A DNA stretch of 64,000 nt from Bacteroidales bacterium. Lineage in GTDB: Bacteria > Bacteroidota > Bacteroidia > Bacteroidales > UBA932. The stretch covers positions 2,771 to 66,770 of the forward strand of contig JAAZMM010000019.1 of assembly GCA_012798805.1 (NCBI GenBank). Reading direction: 5' to 3'. Below are positions 17,662 to 30,981 of the stretch, piece after piece; the stretch's first letter is position 1, and every line of letters begins with the position of its first letter. The notes under the pieces were generated by a model, which saw nothing but the letters and a program-made list of their open reading frames with translations, ran no database searches and was not told the origin of the DNA. The translations under genes were made by a program, and so were the position numbers.

Positions 17662-18918
17662 CTTAATAGACATGTCGCGGATCTCCTCTGCGTCATAAAC
17701 ACCCTTGTCGAGCTTCACCTTGATCTCGGCAAATGCGTCGAGAGTGTACTCTACATCCTCGAGTGAGTGGGCCGCAGTAGGAATAATACGATACATTATG
17801 ATACCTTGAGGCACCACAGGATATGTAACGGTAGAGCAGAAAATCTTATAATTTTTCCTAAGGTCAATCACGATGTTCGTGGCCTGCGCCAAATTACCAT
17901 CCATAAATACGGGAGTAACACACGCTTCAGCAGGTCCAATATCGAATCCTCTCTTACGGAGACCCTCCTGGAGAGCCCTGGTCACAACCCAGAGTTTGTC
18001 ACGAAGACGTGCACCCTCTTCACCACGGATAATTTCGAGGCGTTTAAGAGCGCCCTCAACGATAGGCATGGGAAGTGACTTTGCATAAATCTGAGAACGA
18101 AGATTATACCTTAGGTAATTAATAATGGCTCTTGGACCGGCTACAAATCCACCGATTGTGGCCATTGACTTGGCGTATGTGCCGATGTAGAGGTCAATTT
18201 CGTCCATCACATCGAAATGCTCGGATGTACCGCGGCCTTCCTTACCCATGACACCGAAACCGTGTGCATCATCAATCAAAATACGGAAATTATATTTCTT
18301 TTTGAGATCAACAATCTCTTTAAGAATACCGAGTGCACCGGTCATACCGTAAACACCCTCCGTAAGAAGTAGTACTCCACCTCCTTTCGCCTCAGCCTCT
18401 TTGCAAGCTCTCTTTATGATCCTCTCGCAATCGGCAATATCATTATGACGATATTTATATTTAGCACCAAGATGGAGGCGTATTCCATCGAGCAAACAAG
18501 CGTGACATTCGTTGTCATAAACTATCACATCATGACGACAAACGAGCGCATCAATGGTAGATACGATGCCCTGATAACCGAAGTTGAAAAGGAAACAATC
18601 TTCTTTTTTCTCGAAGTCAGCAAGTTCTCTCTCAAGTCTCTCATGAAGCGCAGTATGTCCGGTAAGCATTCTGGAGCCCATAGGATAAGCCATTCCCCAT
18701 TTTGCAGCACCTTCAGCATCTGCCTTGCGTATCTCGGGGTGATTGGCAAGACCAAGATAGTTGTTAATACTCCAACAAAGAACCTCTTCGCCCTGGAAAA
18801 ACATCTTGGGACCTATTTCTCCCTCAAGTTTGGGAAACATAAAGTAACCAAAAGCTTTATCACGATATTGGCCAAGCGGACCACCTGAATCTTTGCTTAG
18901 TCTTTCAAAAATGTCCAT
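17659..18918 (-). CDS. alpha-oxoamine synthase family PLP enzyme (8-amino-7-oxononanoate synthase / serine palmitoyltransferase-like)
   Basis: 419 aa with NNYLGLANHP, DDAHGFGVMG and the PLP-lysine context GTYAKSMATIGG. The specific substrate cannot be told from sequence alone. Confidence 0.8.
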   Translation of the reverse strand: MDIFERLSKDSGGPLGQYRDKAFGYFMFPKLEGEIGPKMFFQGEEVLCWSINNYLGLANHPEIRKADAEGAAKWGMAYPMGSRMLTGHTALHERLERELADFEKKEDCFLFNFGYQGIVSTIDALVCRHDVIVYDNECHACLLDGIRLHLGAKYKYRHNDIADCERIIKRACKEAEAKGGGVLLLTEGVYGMTGALGILKEIVDLKKKYNFRILIDDAHGFGVMGKEGRGTSEHFDVMDEIDLYIGTYAKSMATIGGFVAGPRAIINYLRYNLRSQIYAKSLPMPIVEGALKRLEIIRGEEGARLRDKLWVVTRALQEGLRKRGFDIGPAEACVTPVFMDGNLAQATNIVIDLRKNYKIFCSTVTYPVVPQGIIMYRIIPTAAHSLEDVEYTLDAFAEIKVKLDKGVYDAEEIRDMSIK

Positions 18919-18944
18919 AGTACAAAATATTTAGATTATAGTAA

Positions 18945-22641
<3,697 letters not shown>

Positions 22642-22645
<4 letters not shown>

Positions 22646-25641
22646 CTCGTTTTCAGTTTGTCTAAACGCATTTCAACTTGTTCTTTCACATCATCGGACC
22701 CCCCTGTGGGTTCATATCCTTCAAGTACGCTCTCATATGTTGCCACTGCCTGTTCAACATCTCCCCTATCCGCAAATGAATCACCCAGGACGATAAATGC
22801 TTTTGCAAGCCAATAAATCTGAGGGGTTTCGGATTCTGAAAAGTCATAAACTCGATTTTCAACAGCGATAAAATCACCGGCTCCATAAGAATCCATAATC
22901 AGCAAATAGGTAGCCTCAGCTCCATAACTGTCATGAGGATTACGGGAAAGAGTAGTAAGAATCGGTTTTGCCTCTTCCCTATTATCGAGAAACAGAAGAC
23001 TCTTTGCGGTAATATATTCTGCCTCACGCAACATCTCTTCAGGAAGATCTGTTACCCCGCTCACCCTTTTGGCATCTGCAACCGCCTCCTCATACTGCTT
23101 ATTGTTGTAATAAGAGCGCATACGGCCAACATAGCCGCTATTTTTCATATTTTCGGTACTGGCGATATAAATGAGAGATTCATATGCAGTGACTGCCGTA
23201 GAGTAGTGCTCGAGTTCCAATGAAATATCGGCATAATTGCGGGTAGCTGCTTCGGCAAAAGGGCCCTCGCCCCGTTTTATAACCTGGAAGTAGGCATCTG
23301 ATGCGGCCTCTTTACGCCCTTTAGCCTTAAGAGACTCGGCAAGGTAATAGTATGCCTGTGCCGTCTTGGAACCGGAAGGGTATTTTTTTACAAATGATTG
23401 CAGCGATGAAATGGCTGAGTTATGGTTGCCCGAAAGGTAACGTTGTTCTGCAGCATTGAAAAGCATAAGCTCCTTCTCATCCTCACTTTTAATATCCGAC
23501 ATCCCGAGAGTTTCGAGGTATGCGAAGTACTCTTCAGGCTGATTGATGGTCTGATAGACGCTTTCCATACCCGATATGGCATTGGGAACCTCGGGTGAGA
23601 GCGGCATCCCCTCAATAATGTTCTTATAATATTCGATTGCCTTGTTGTATTTACCGTTGTTGGCATTTATCATCGCCAGTTCGAGCATTGACTTAGTAAA
23701 ATAGGTACTATCTGCATCATGCCCGATAAGGGTCAGAAAGCACTCTGCCGCATCATCGTCGGCCCCACGCTGCACCAGGGTGCGTCCCAATTCGAAGAGA
23801 CACTGTGTGTAAAGTTCCGCATTGCGATTGATCTTGAGAGCTTGTCTGAGTATGGTTATCTTTCTCGTATCATTGCCAAGGAGTCCATAAGAAACAGCGC
23901 TCTGATATGCCGGATAGAGATCGTTTGAAGTGGGATATCTGTTAAAGACCTGCTCGTAAGTGGTGGCAGCAGCCGTATAGTTGTTCTGCATGAAATAAGA
24001 GTCTGCAAGACGCACACGTGCATCCTTTTCAAACTGTTTACGACCGCTCCTGCCTAAATATTCAGAAAACCATTGCTGAGCTCTGTCAAATCTGCCCCAC
24101 ATAAAATAACCGTATGCAAGGTTATATATGGCCGTAGGATACTGCTCCGAATCGAGAAAATAGGGGTTTTCCATCAGACCGAGGTTTATATTTGTGGATT
24201 GACGATATCTTCCATTACGGAAATGACACTCTGCCAGCCAATACTTGGCAAGTGCCTCAAGCCGAAGATCGTGACGTCCATTCTCTATTGAAAGCTCCAG
24301 CATGGGAACTGCCGATCTGTAGCCTCTGTTTTCAATTAGCTGCATAGCTCTGAAGAATGCAGCTTTCTGAAGGTTTGCCGAGGATTCGTCTGAAAGTTCG
24401 CGTATCTTTGTAAGAGCTGCCACAGCAGAGTTGTAGTCCTTACTTAAAAGGTATGAGGCTGCAATGTAACTATTGATGATATCATCTTTTCCACTCTCCG
24501 GATATTGCTCCATATATTGTTCAAAACCTGAGATATCGCCATTGACGTCAAATGAGAGTTTCGCATGATTGAAAAGGGCATCTTCTTTGATGACAATGTC
24601 AAAATCCGACTCTGCTGCCGCTTTAAAGGCCTCCATTGCAGCAATTTTATTGTGTTGACGCAGATGGCTGTTGGCACTATAATAGTAAGCACTCTGACCA
24701 ATAGCATCTTCACTGCCGACAACTTTACTAAAAGATTCTATGGCTTGTTGAAATGCCTGGAGCGTATATGATAGAAGTCCGGAGTAATAATGGTCTTTTC
24801 GGCTAAGATTGCCTCCGGATGCAGAAAACATATCGAAATATTGGGCAGCCAAAGTCGGCTGTCCCATTGAAAAATAGGCCTCGGAAACTATTCTCGCCAT
24901 ACTGACCTGCAAATCACGATCGAGGGTATTAAAAATTGCAGGACCCCGGTCAATTACATATTTGTAATTTTCCAGCATGAATTCCGATTCGACGACATAG
25001 TACGATGCAAGCACGGAAAAGCGGGGGTCTTTCTCAGCTTTTCTGAAAAGTGGCAAAGCAGCATTGAAATCCTTTTCCAGATAACGAACATAACCTAAAT
25101 AATATTGGCTGGGAACAGTGTAAGGATTGAATTCGCCCTCAATAATAGCGGTCAGCTTCTCTGCTGCCACATCTGTATTGCCGGCTCTGATATAACAGTA
25201 TGCACTTTTAAAGTCATATTCAATCTGCTCCTCCGCATAAAGGAAGGGCTTTTTTATGGAATCATAGATGACAAGTGCATCAGCATACTCTTCCCTGTCA
25301 AAAAGACGCGAAGCCAGGGCAAACTTAACCATCTGTAGCTCCGGGGCATTGGGGTATCTGTCCTCGAAATTTTTTACAAGACCGGCAATATTCGACCTGT
25401 CCAGACGAATTGCACACATGGTCTTGTAGGCCTCTACCTGAATGGCAAAAATAGAAATATCGCTATCCGGATCCGGAGTCACCCTATTCAACATCTGCTC
25501 TGCCGAATAGAAGGCTCCTTGCCTGTAAAGGTCAAGTGCTGACTCAAAACGGCTGTCGCTATGGCGTTCTTGTGCCATCACCTGCCCGGACAACATTAGG
25601 GCAAGTAGGACAAGTAACACTATAAAACCTTTATTTTTCAT
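22642..25641 (-). CDS. large secreted tetratricopeptide-repeat protein
   Basis: About 999 aa from MKNKGFIVLLVLLALMLSGQVMAQ (ATG at 25641; the track ORF starts 13 codons earlier at 25680). TPR-like A/Y/F-rich 34-residue periodicity runs throughout. Confidence 0.75.
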
Positions 25642-25807
25642 CAAACAAATTTCGTCAAAGTATCGTATAAACATCCGCATCAGTCACATTCAAATATCAG
25701 GTAAAGTGTTTTATTTTAATATGTTAACACAAACCTGCTATTCCTAAAACATAAAAGACAAAAATACAAAAAAAATCTCATTTATTGTAGTTATATTAAA
25801 GGATTAA

Positions 25808-26560
25808 TCAGAACACAAATCCATAACCAATACTTATGTTAATATTTCTACCCGCGGTTGAGGTTTCGTAAAACATTTTGTTGTACACCTGATCGGTACT
25901 GACTATTAATTCTGCTGAGGATTTTTGTAACGGTTGTTGAAAGTTTATATCAAGAAGCAGAGAGCCGTTGTTTGAAATGAGATATCGGGTTGACAAACCA
26001 AAATTTACAAGCAGAGATGATGCCTGTTGTTTATATGATAAATTGCACCTGATGCCATCTTTTTCAACACTCTTTGATAAATCTCTATTCGGCAAATAGG
26101 TCATATATCCTATTCCGACTCCCGGATGAACCTTCCATCTGTTTTGCTCAAACCGATAGATGACTCCGATGTCTAAAGCCGGGTGAATCAGACTTGGCAA
26201 TGGAAAAAAAGCATCAACCAAACCCTCCATCATATCATCCACAAAACCGGATGGGTAATATTCCGACTTATTACATTTATAAATATTTACCTGAAACCTC
26301 GCATATACTCCTACTTTTTTTGAAAAAAGATATGTTAAACGAAGTCCGGTCACAGGAACAACCTTCGGCTTTAAGTCAAATAGTTCGGGTTCGGATAGCG
26401 AGCTTGAGCTTATCAAGTCTATATTTGCCCCTACTTTCACATCAAGCAGCCATTTATGGTTTTGATGATTTAAATAAATTTTCTCCATTTGTTCCTGCTG
26501 ACCATAGCAGCATAAACCGAAAAAGAGAAATATAAGGGTCAGGCAATAAGATTTAGTCAT
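25808..26560 (-). CDS. small outer-membrane beta-barrel (porin-family/PorT-like) protein
   Basis: 250 aa with signal peptide MTKSYCLTLIFLFFGLCCYGQ, beta-strand periodicity, and a C-terminal GYGFVF. Confidence 0.65.
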   Translation of the reverse strand: MTKSYCLTLIFLFFGLCCYGQQEQMEKIYLNHQNHKWLLDVKVGANIDLISSSSLSEPELFDLKPKVVPVTGLRLTYLFSKKVGVYARFQVNIYKCNKSEYYPSGFVDDMMEGLVDAFFPLPSLIHPALDIGVIYRFEQNRWKVHPGVGIGYMTYLPNRDLSKSVEKDGIRCNLSYKQQASSLLVNFGLSTRYLISNNGSLLLDINFQQPLQKSSAELIVSTDQVYNKMFYETSTAGRNINISIGYGFVF

Positions 26561-26622
26561 GAGTAGGGAGTGTGTAGTGTGTAGTAAGGAGCTCAGAACT
26601 CAATACTAGTAACTCGGAACTA
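26561..26622. repeat. head-to-head heptamer arrays meeting at a GAGCTC palindrome
   Basis: The plus strand reads GAGTAGG GAGTGTG TAGTGTG TAGTAAG GAG|CTC. The minus strand, starting at the radical SAM TAG stop (26622-26620), reads TAGTTCC GAGTTAC TAGTATT GAGTTCT GAGCTCC. It fills the entire 59-nt spacer between two genes. Confidence 0.65.
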
Positions 26623-27693
26623 ATTTAATCTTCCCATCATTTCCAGATGGCATTGCAAAAGTTCACCGGTTTGCTCGTCGCGAAGATGTAAACCATTACC
26701 TTCACAATATTTGTAAGCTTTACAAGTGGCACATTTTCCCGTTTTAGTCCAGGAACGGTCACGCATTATCTGATATTTGGTATTCCAAACGGTCCAGAAA
26801 TCATCTTTATATATATTACCTTGAATATAATCGCCACGCAGGCTCGGACAGGCGCTGATATCACCATTTGCCAATACCGAGCCAATGTGAATGCCCGCCT
26901 GGCAGAAGAAAGGAGCATCTCTCACTTCAAGTTCATAATCCGCCAAATAGCCTTCACAGCCGTATGAGGCGCGTATTTTTCCCTCTTTTCTGGTCTCCTT
27001 TATAAAATCCAACATCTGAACGAACTCCTCAGTAGAAAGTCTGAGCAACGGATTATCTTTTGCCCTTCCTTTAGGGAAAACGGTAAAAAGTCTCCAGTGA
27101 GTAACGCCAAGCGAAAGCAACAATTCCTTTAGTTTATATAAATCGGGCAACGACTTTTTATTAACACAAGTAACCACGTCATAAACCAGATCGGGAGTAG
27201 AGGCCACTCGCCTAATAGCATCCACAGCCCTCTTCCATGAGCCCTTTTTACCGCGAAACCACTCGTGAGACTCTGCCGTATAGCCATCGAGGCTCACGGT
27301 CACCGAGCGTAATCCTGAACTGAGCAATTTATCCAATCTCTCTTGTGAAAGTCCCCATCCATTGGTTACAAATCCCCACGGATATCCCATATCATACATA
27401 GCTCTTCCGCACTCTTCCAGGTCATTTCGCATCAAAGGTTCTCCTCCGGTAAGCACAATCATGGTCTTATTGGGATTTACATGCGGGCGAATATCTTCAA
27501 GCACTTTCAAAAAATCCTCTTTAGGCATATCGGGAGTGAGAGATTCGCGTGTGCAGTCACTTCCACAGTGAATACAGTTGAAGTTGCACCGCAGGGTGCA
27601 TTCCCAAAAGAAATATGTGAGTTCGTGTAATTTTGCTTGCGTTTTTCTATGTTCGCGAAATAGATTCAGCAGGATTCTTTTCCGTAATTTCAT
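26620..27693 (-). CDS. radical SAM/SPASM-domain protein (lipoprotein-associated family)
   Basis: 357 aa with CNFNCIHC (CxxxCxxC), GGEPLM, and a Cys-rich C-terminus: FFCQAG...SACPS...GKCATCKAYKYCEG...LQCH. From memory it resembles the family NCBI names as a TIGR0413x radical SAM/SPASM protein. The accession is not verified. Confidence 0.85.
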   Translation of the reverse strand: MKLRKRILLNLFREHRKTQAKLHELTYFFWECTLRCNFNCIHCGSDCTRESLTPDMPKEDFLKVLEDIRPHVNPNKTMIVLTGGEPLMRNDLEECGRAMYDMGYPWGFVTNGWGLSQERLDKLLSSGLRSVTVSLDGYTAESHEWFRGKKGSWKRAVDAIRRVASTPDLVYDVVTCVNKKSLPDLYKLKELLLSLGVTHWRLFTVFPKGRAKDNPLLRLSTEEFVQMLDFIKETRKEGKIRASYGCEGYLADYELEVRDAPFFCQAGIHIGSVLANGDISACPSLRGDYIQGNIYKDDFWTVWNTKYQIMRDRSWTKTGKCATCKAYKYCEGNGLHLRDEQTGELLQCHLEMMGRLN

Positions 27694-27710
27694 CTTCGGC
27701 CAGGTTTTAA

Positions 27711-28223
27711 CTACTCTTCCTCTTTCATTTCCTTATATGTTGATGCAGGAACGCCATACTCGGGAACAGGTTGAAAATGTTGGAGTTTAAAATTAGCATC
27801 TTTCTTTTCAAATATTCCGTCATACCACCCTCCTTTTCCTTTCTTTACCTGTGTCATTTGCTTTGTGTTGACCAAAATTGAATCGGGTCCATACCATCCG
27901 CCATCATCCGTTCCTTCCAAATCTTTGGCAACAACCCAATAGTCTTCTCCCGGAAAATCATTAAATTTCAACTCATAATCGCCAAGAGCATTGGTCCGTA
28001 CCGTATCATTCTTGGGTGAGTGACGCGATTTTTTGATGACTGCAATATTTTTAAGCGGCTTTTGCGACTCCTTATCCGTAACCTTTCCCTTAATTACATA
28101 ATCTGCATTTGGAACGCCATATTCTACCGTAGGTTCGATCCAATCGCATCCGGTCAACATTCCTACCAGAGAGAAAAAGAGGGTTAATATTTTACCATAG
28201 GTTTTAAGCGCAATTTTTTTCAT
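27711..28223 (-). CDS. radical SAM-associated putative lipoprotein, copy 2
   Basis: 170 aa with lipobox LTGC, then VEYGVPNADYVIKGKVTDKESQKPLKNIAV (CarboxypepD_reg-like beta-sandwich start), and C-terminal PVPEYGVPASTYKEMKEEE. Confidence 0.8.
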   Translation of the reverse strand: MKKIALKTYGKILTLFFSLVGMLTGCDWIEPTVEYGVPNADYVIKGKVTDKESQKPLKNIAVIKKSRHSPKNDTVRTNALGDYELKFNDFPGEDYWVVAKDLEGTDDGGWYGPDSILVNTKQMTQVKKGKGGWYDGIFEKKDANFKLQHFQPVPEYGVPASTYKEMKEEE

Positions 28224-28239
28224 GACTATTCAATTAAGA

Positions 28240-28758
28240 TTATTCTTTGGTTTTTCCCTCCAGATCCTTATATTCTGCTGACATGACACCATATAGTGCA
28301 ATAGTCGCATGTTCCATTTCAAAGTTCAAATTCTCCTTGAGAAAAACTCCTACAAACCAACCGCCACTACCCTCTTTCACCTTTTTCATTTTTTTCGAAT
28401 TAACTATTGCCGACTCGGGCGCATAGACTCCGCCATTATCCTCCCCATCCAAATCTTCGGCAAATATTCGATTGTCCTCCCCGGGAAATGCAGTAAACCT
28501 TAATTCAAAGTCACCACGGGCATTAGTCCGCACCGTGTCGTTTCCAATTGGTGATACTTCGGTTTTTCTTATGACTGCTATGTTTTTAATCGGCTTTTTC
28601 GACTCCTTATCAGTTACCTTCCCTTTAATGATAAAATCTGCCGCCGGGACCCCATATTCAGGTACGGGCAGGGGTTTTTCGCATCCGGTGCCAATACCCA
28701 AAAGGGCAAAAAGCAGAGTTATTATTTTGCCGTAGGTCTTAATGGCTATTTTTTTCAT
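28240..28758 (-). CDS. radical SAM-associated putative lipoprotein, copy 1
   Basis: 172 aa with lipobox GTGC, then VPEYGVPAADFIIKGKVTDKESKKPIKNIAV. It is a paralogue of copy 2, with more than half of residues identical by eye. Confidence 0.8.
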   Translation of the reverse strand: MKKIAIKTYGKIITLLFALLGIGTGCEKPLPVPEYGVPAADFIIKGKVTDKESKKPIKNIAVIRKTEVSPIGNDTVRTNARGDFELRFTAFPGEDNRIFAEDLDGEDNGGVYAPESAIVNSKKMKKVKEGSGGWFVGVFLKENLNFEMEHATIALYGVMSAEYKDLEGKTKE

Positions 28759-29079
28759 AACTTTCTGTGCATTGAGATTAAAAATAAAATAACTTTTGTC
28801 TAATTACATATACGCAGTCACTGACTAAATACTTCCGTTAATGTTAAATTATTTTAAATCATAGAAGAATTCGTAATTTTTGCCGCTTAACAATATTGCA
28901 CACAAAATGTGCCGAGCGATACTTTAATGTCAAGATTTTGCATCCGCAATAGTTATAATTAGATGCAAAAAAGGACAAAAGCGCTGCATTGAAATGATTT
29001 TTTGGCATTTTATCGCCCAATAAATATTGGGTATTTGGAGAAAGCTGATTTGATCTAAAATTATTTAAAAATAAAAATG

Positions 29080-29087
29080 TATTTTTG
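29080..29087 (+). promoter_or_regulatory. candidate -7 promoter box for ftsE
   Basis: TATTTTTG lies 20 nt upstream of the ATG at 29108. Confidence 0.45.
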
Positions 29088-29107
29088 TCTCCAAAGAATC
29101 TCAAAAA

Positions 29108-29785
29108 ATGAACGAAAACGATATTATCATAGAGTTTGAGGATGTGGAAATCACAAACGGAGAAATTCCCATTATCACTTCACTCAACCTAACTATCCGT
29201 GAAGGAGAGTTTGTTTATCTCACCGGCAAGGTCGGCAGTGGAAAAACCTCCATCATACGCGCTATAACTGCAGAAAATCCCGTTACCACAGGCAGGGCCC
29301 AAGTAGGAGATTTCAACCTCCGCAACCTCAAAAGAAAGAAGATACCCTACCTCAGACGCAAAATCGGAGTTGTTTTCCAGGATTTCCAACTCCTGATGGA
29401 TAGGAGCGTAGAAGACAATCTCCTTTTTGTCCTCAAATCCACCGGATGGAAAGACCGCACCCAGATGAATGAGCGCATAAATAGCGTACTTGAGGCTGTA
29501 GGAGTGGCCAGCAAGGCACATAAGATGCCGCACCAACTCTCAGGAGGCGAACAGCAGAGAGTTGCCATAGCCCGCGCCCTGCTCAACGAACCGCGCCTGA
29601 TACTTGCGGATGAGCCCACGGGCAACCTGGACGGAGAGACTGCCACAGGCATAATGCGCCTGCTTGTCGAGATCAACAGGACCCGCAAGACCGCAATCCT
29701 GATGGTAACACACAATATGAATATAGTTCGGGAATATCCCGGAAGAATACTTGTCTGCGCCGATAATGAATGCAAAGAAATATAA
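29108..29785 (+). CDS. ftsE: cell-division ABC ATPase FtsE-like
   Basis: 225 aa with Walker [10 protein letters not shown], signature [15 protein letters not shown], and Walker [13 protein letters not shown]. No ftsX follows. Confidence 0.8.
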   Translation: MNENDIIIEFEDVEITNGEIPIITSLNLTIREGEFVYLTGKVGSGKTSIIRAITAENPVTTGRAQVGDFNLRNLKRKKIPYLRRKIGVVFQDFQLLMDRSVEDNLLFVLKSTGWKDRTQMNERINSVLEAVGVASKAHKMPHQLSGGEQQRVAIARALLNEPRLILADEPTGNLDGETATGIMRLLVEINRTRKTAILMVTHNMNIVREYPGRILVCADNECKEI

Positions 29786-30407
29786 GCAGGTAATAGACTG
29801 GTTTGAAGCCAATATGCCGGTGGCTGAGAGTGAACTGGACTATAAGAATCCTTTCCAGCTGCTCTGCGCAGTGATACTTTCTGCTCAGGCTACCGACAAA
29901 AGAGTCAATATGATTACCCCCGAACTCTTCGAACGATTCCCCACTCCCGAAGATATGGCCGCATCAAATGAGAACGAGATCTATCAAATCATACGCTCGA
30001 TCACTTATCCCAATAGTAAAGCTCGCCACCTGCTGGGGATGTCCCGAATGCTGGTAAGCGACTTTGGGTCTGTTGTGCCGGATGATATTGATGAGCTGCA
30101 GAAACTCCCCGGTGTAGGACGTAAAACAGCCAATGTGGTGGCATCGGTCGTTTACAACAAACCGGTTATTGCCGTGGACACACATGTATTCCGTACCGCA
30201 CGCCGACTGGGACTCTCATCAGGCAGTACCGTACTCGAGGTAGAAAAAGATCTGACGGCCGGCTTTCCGGAACATCTTCGTGCAAAAGCGCATCACTGGC
30301 TGATTCTTCACGGCCGCTATGTCTGCACTGCGCGAAAACAAAAGTGCGAATCCTGCGGACTCGCACCTTTTTGTGACTTTTTCAATCAAAAAACAACTTC
30401 TGATTAG
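29766..30407 (+). CDS. nth: endonuclease III
   Basis: MNAKKYKQV...[11 protein letters not shown]...[12 protein letters not shown]...DTHVFR...C-x6-C-x2-C-x5-C cluster ([17 protein letters not shown]). The ATG at 29766 is preferred over the track start at 29751. Confidence 0.92.
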   Translation: MNAKKYKQVIDWFEANMPVAESELDYKNPFQLLCAVILSAQATDKRVNMITPELFERFPTPEDMAASNENEIYQIIRSITYPNSKARHLLGMSRMLVSDFGSVVPDDIDELQKLPGVGRKTANVVASVVYNKPVIAVDTHVFRTARRLGLSSGSTVLEVEKDLTAGFPEHLRAKAHHWLILHGRYVCTARKQKCESCGLAPFCDFFNQKTTSD

Positions 30408-30886
30408 AATCTTTTTGTAACGCCAATATAGGATCTGTAAGGGGCAGCATCAAATACAATGAATCCTACATTGTATTTACCATCTGCAAATATGCCCCAG
30501 CCGTTACGGAAATTGTACTCTATACCTGCGCCTAAGTCGAGGCCAAGATGAAAATCCATATTACCAAATCCTATGCTCGCGCCAATAATGGGGTAAATAT
30601 TGAGGCCATCAACGAGATTTATCAAGTAGTGGAACCCCAGATCAAAACCAAGGCAAACGGCCTTATCAATAAATACATCGAAACCTGCCCGCCCTCTGAA
30701 ATTATTGGCACAAAAATCACCATGGAGACCAACGGTTGGGCCCAAAAATGCATAACCTATATGTCCGCCCATTGCTCCAAATTTGTTTGAGGTTTTGTGA
30801 ACCTTCTGACCCTCTACGGTTGTCTGAGCCGATAGAGATGAAACACCTATCAGAGCAACAGCCAGCAATACTATTATTTTCTTCAT
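30404..30886 (-). CDS. small outer-membrane beta-barrel protein
   Basis: 160 aa with signal peptide MKKIIVLLAVALIGVSSLSAQ, Gly/aromatic strand pattern, and a C-terminal ...GVTKRF. Confidence 0.65.
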   Translation of the reverse strand: MKKIIVLLAVALIGVSSLSAQTTVEGQKVHKTSNKFGAMGGHIGYAFLGPTVGLHGDFCANNFRGRAGFDVFIDKAVCLGFDLGFHYLINLVDGLNIYPIIGASIGFGNMDFHLGLDLGAGIEYNFRNGWGIFADGKYNVGFIVFDAAPYRSYIGVTKRF

Positions 30887-30981
30887 TTGATAATTTTTTG
30901 TTAGACAAAAATTGAAATTTTATGTATCTTTATTGTTTAAACAACATGCAAATGTAATATTATTTTTTTACTCCAAACTTT

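Noticed and set aside
17338-17666. Track ORFs 17338..17538 (-) and 17442..17666 (+) in the long convergent spacer
   Set aside because: Their translations are low-complexity (T/H/P/N runs) and are produced by the C/A-rich heptamer tract. Neither has a start context or a -7 box. I treat them as non-coding repeat DNA.
28859-29104. An 81-aa minus-strand ORF in the AT-rich region upstream of ftsE
   Set aside because: It is AT-rich and low-complexity (F/N/L-rich) and spans the ftsE promoter box. No signal or family motif is present, so it is likely non-coding.
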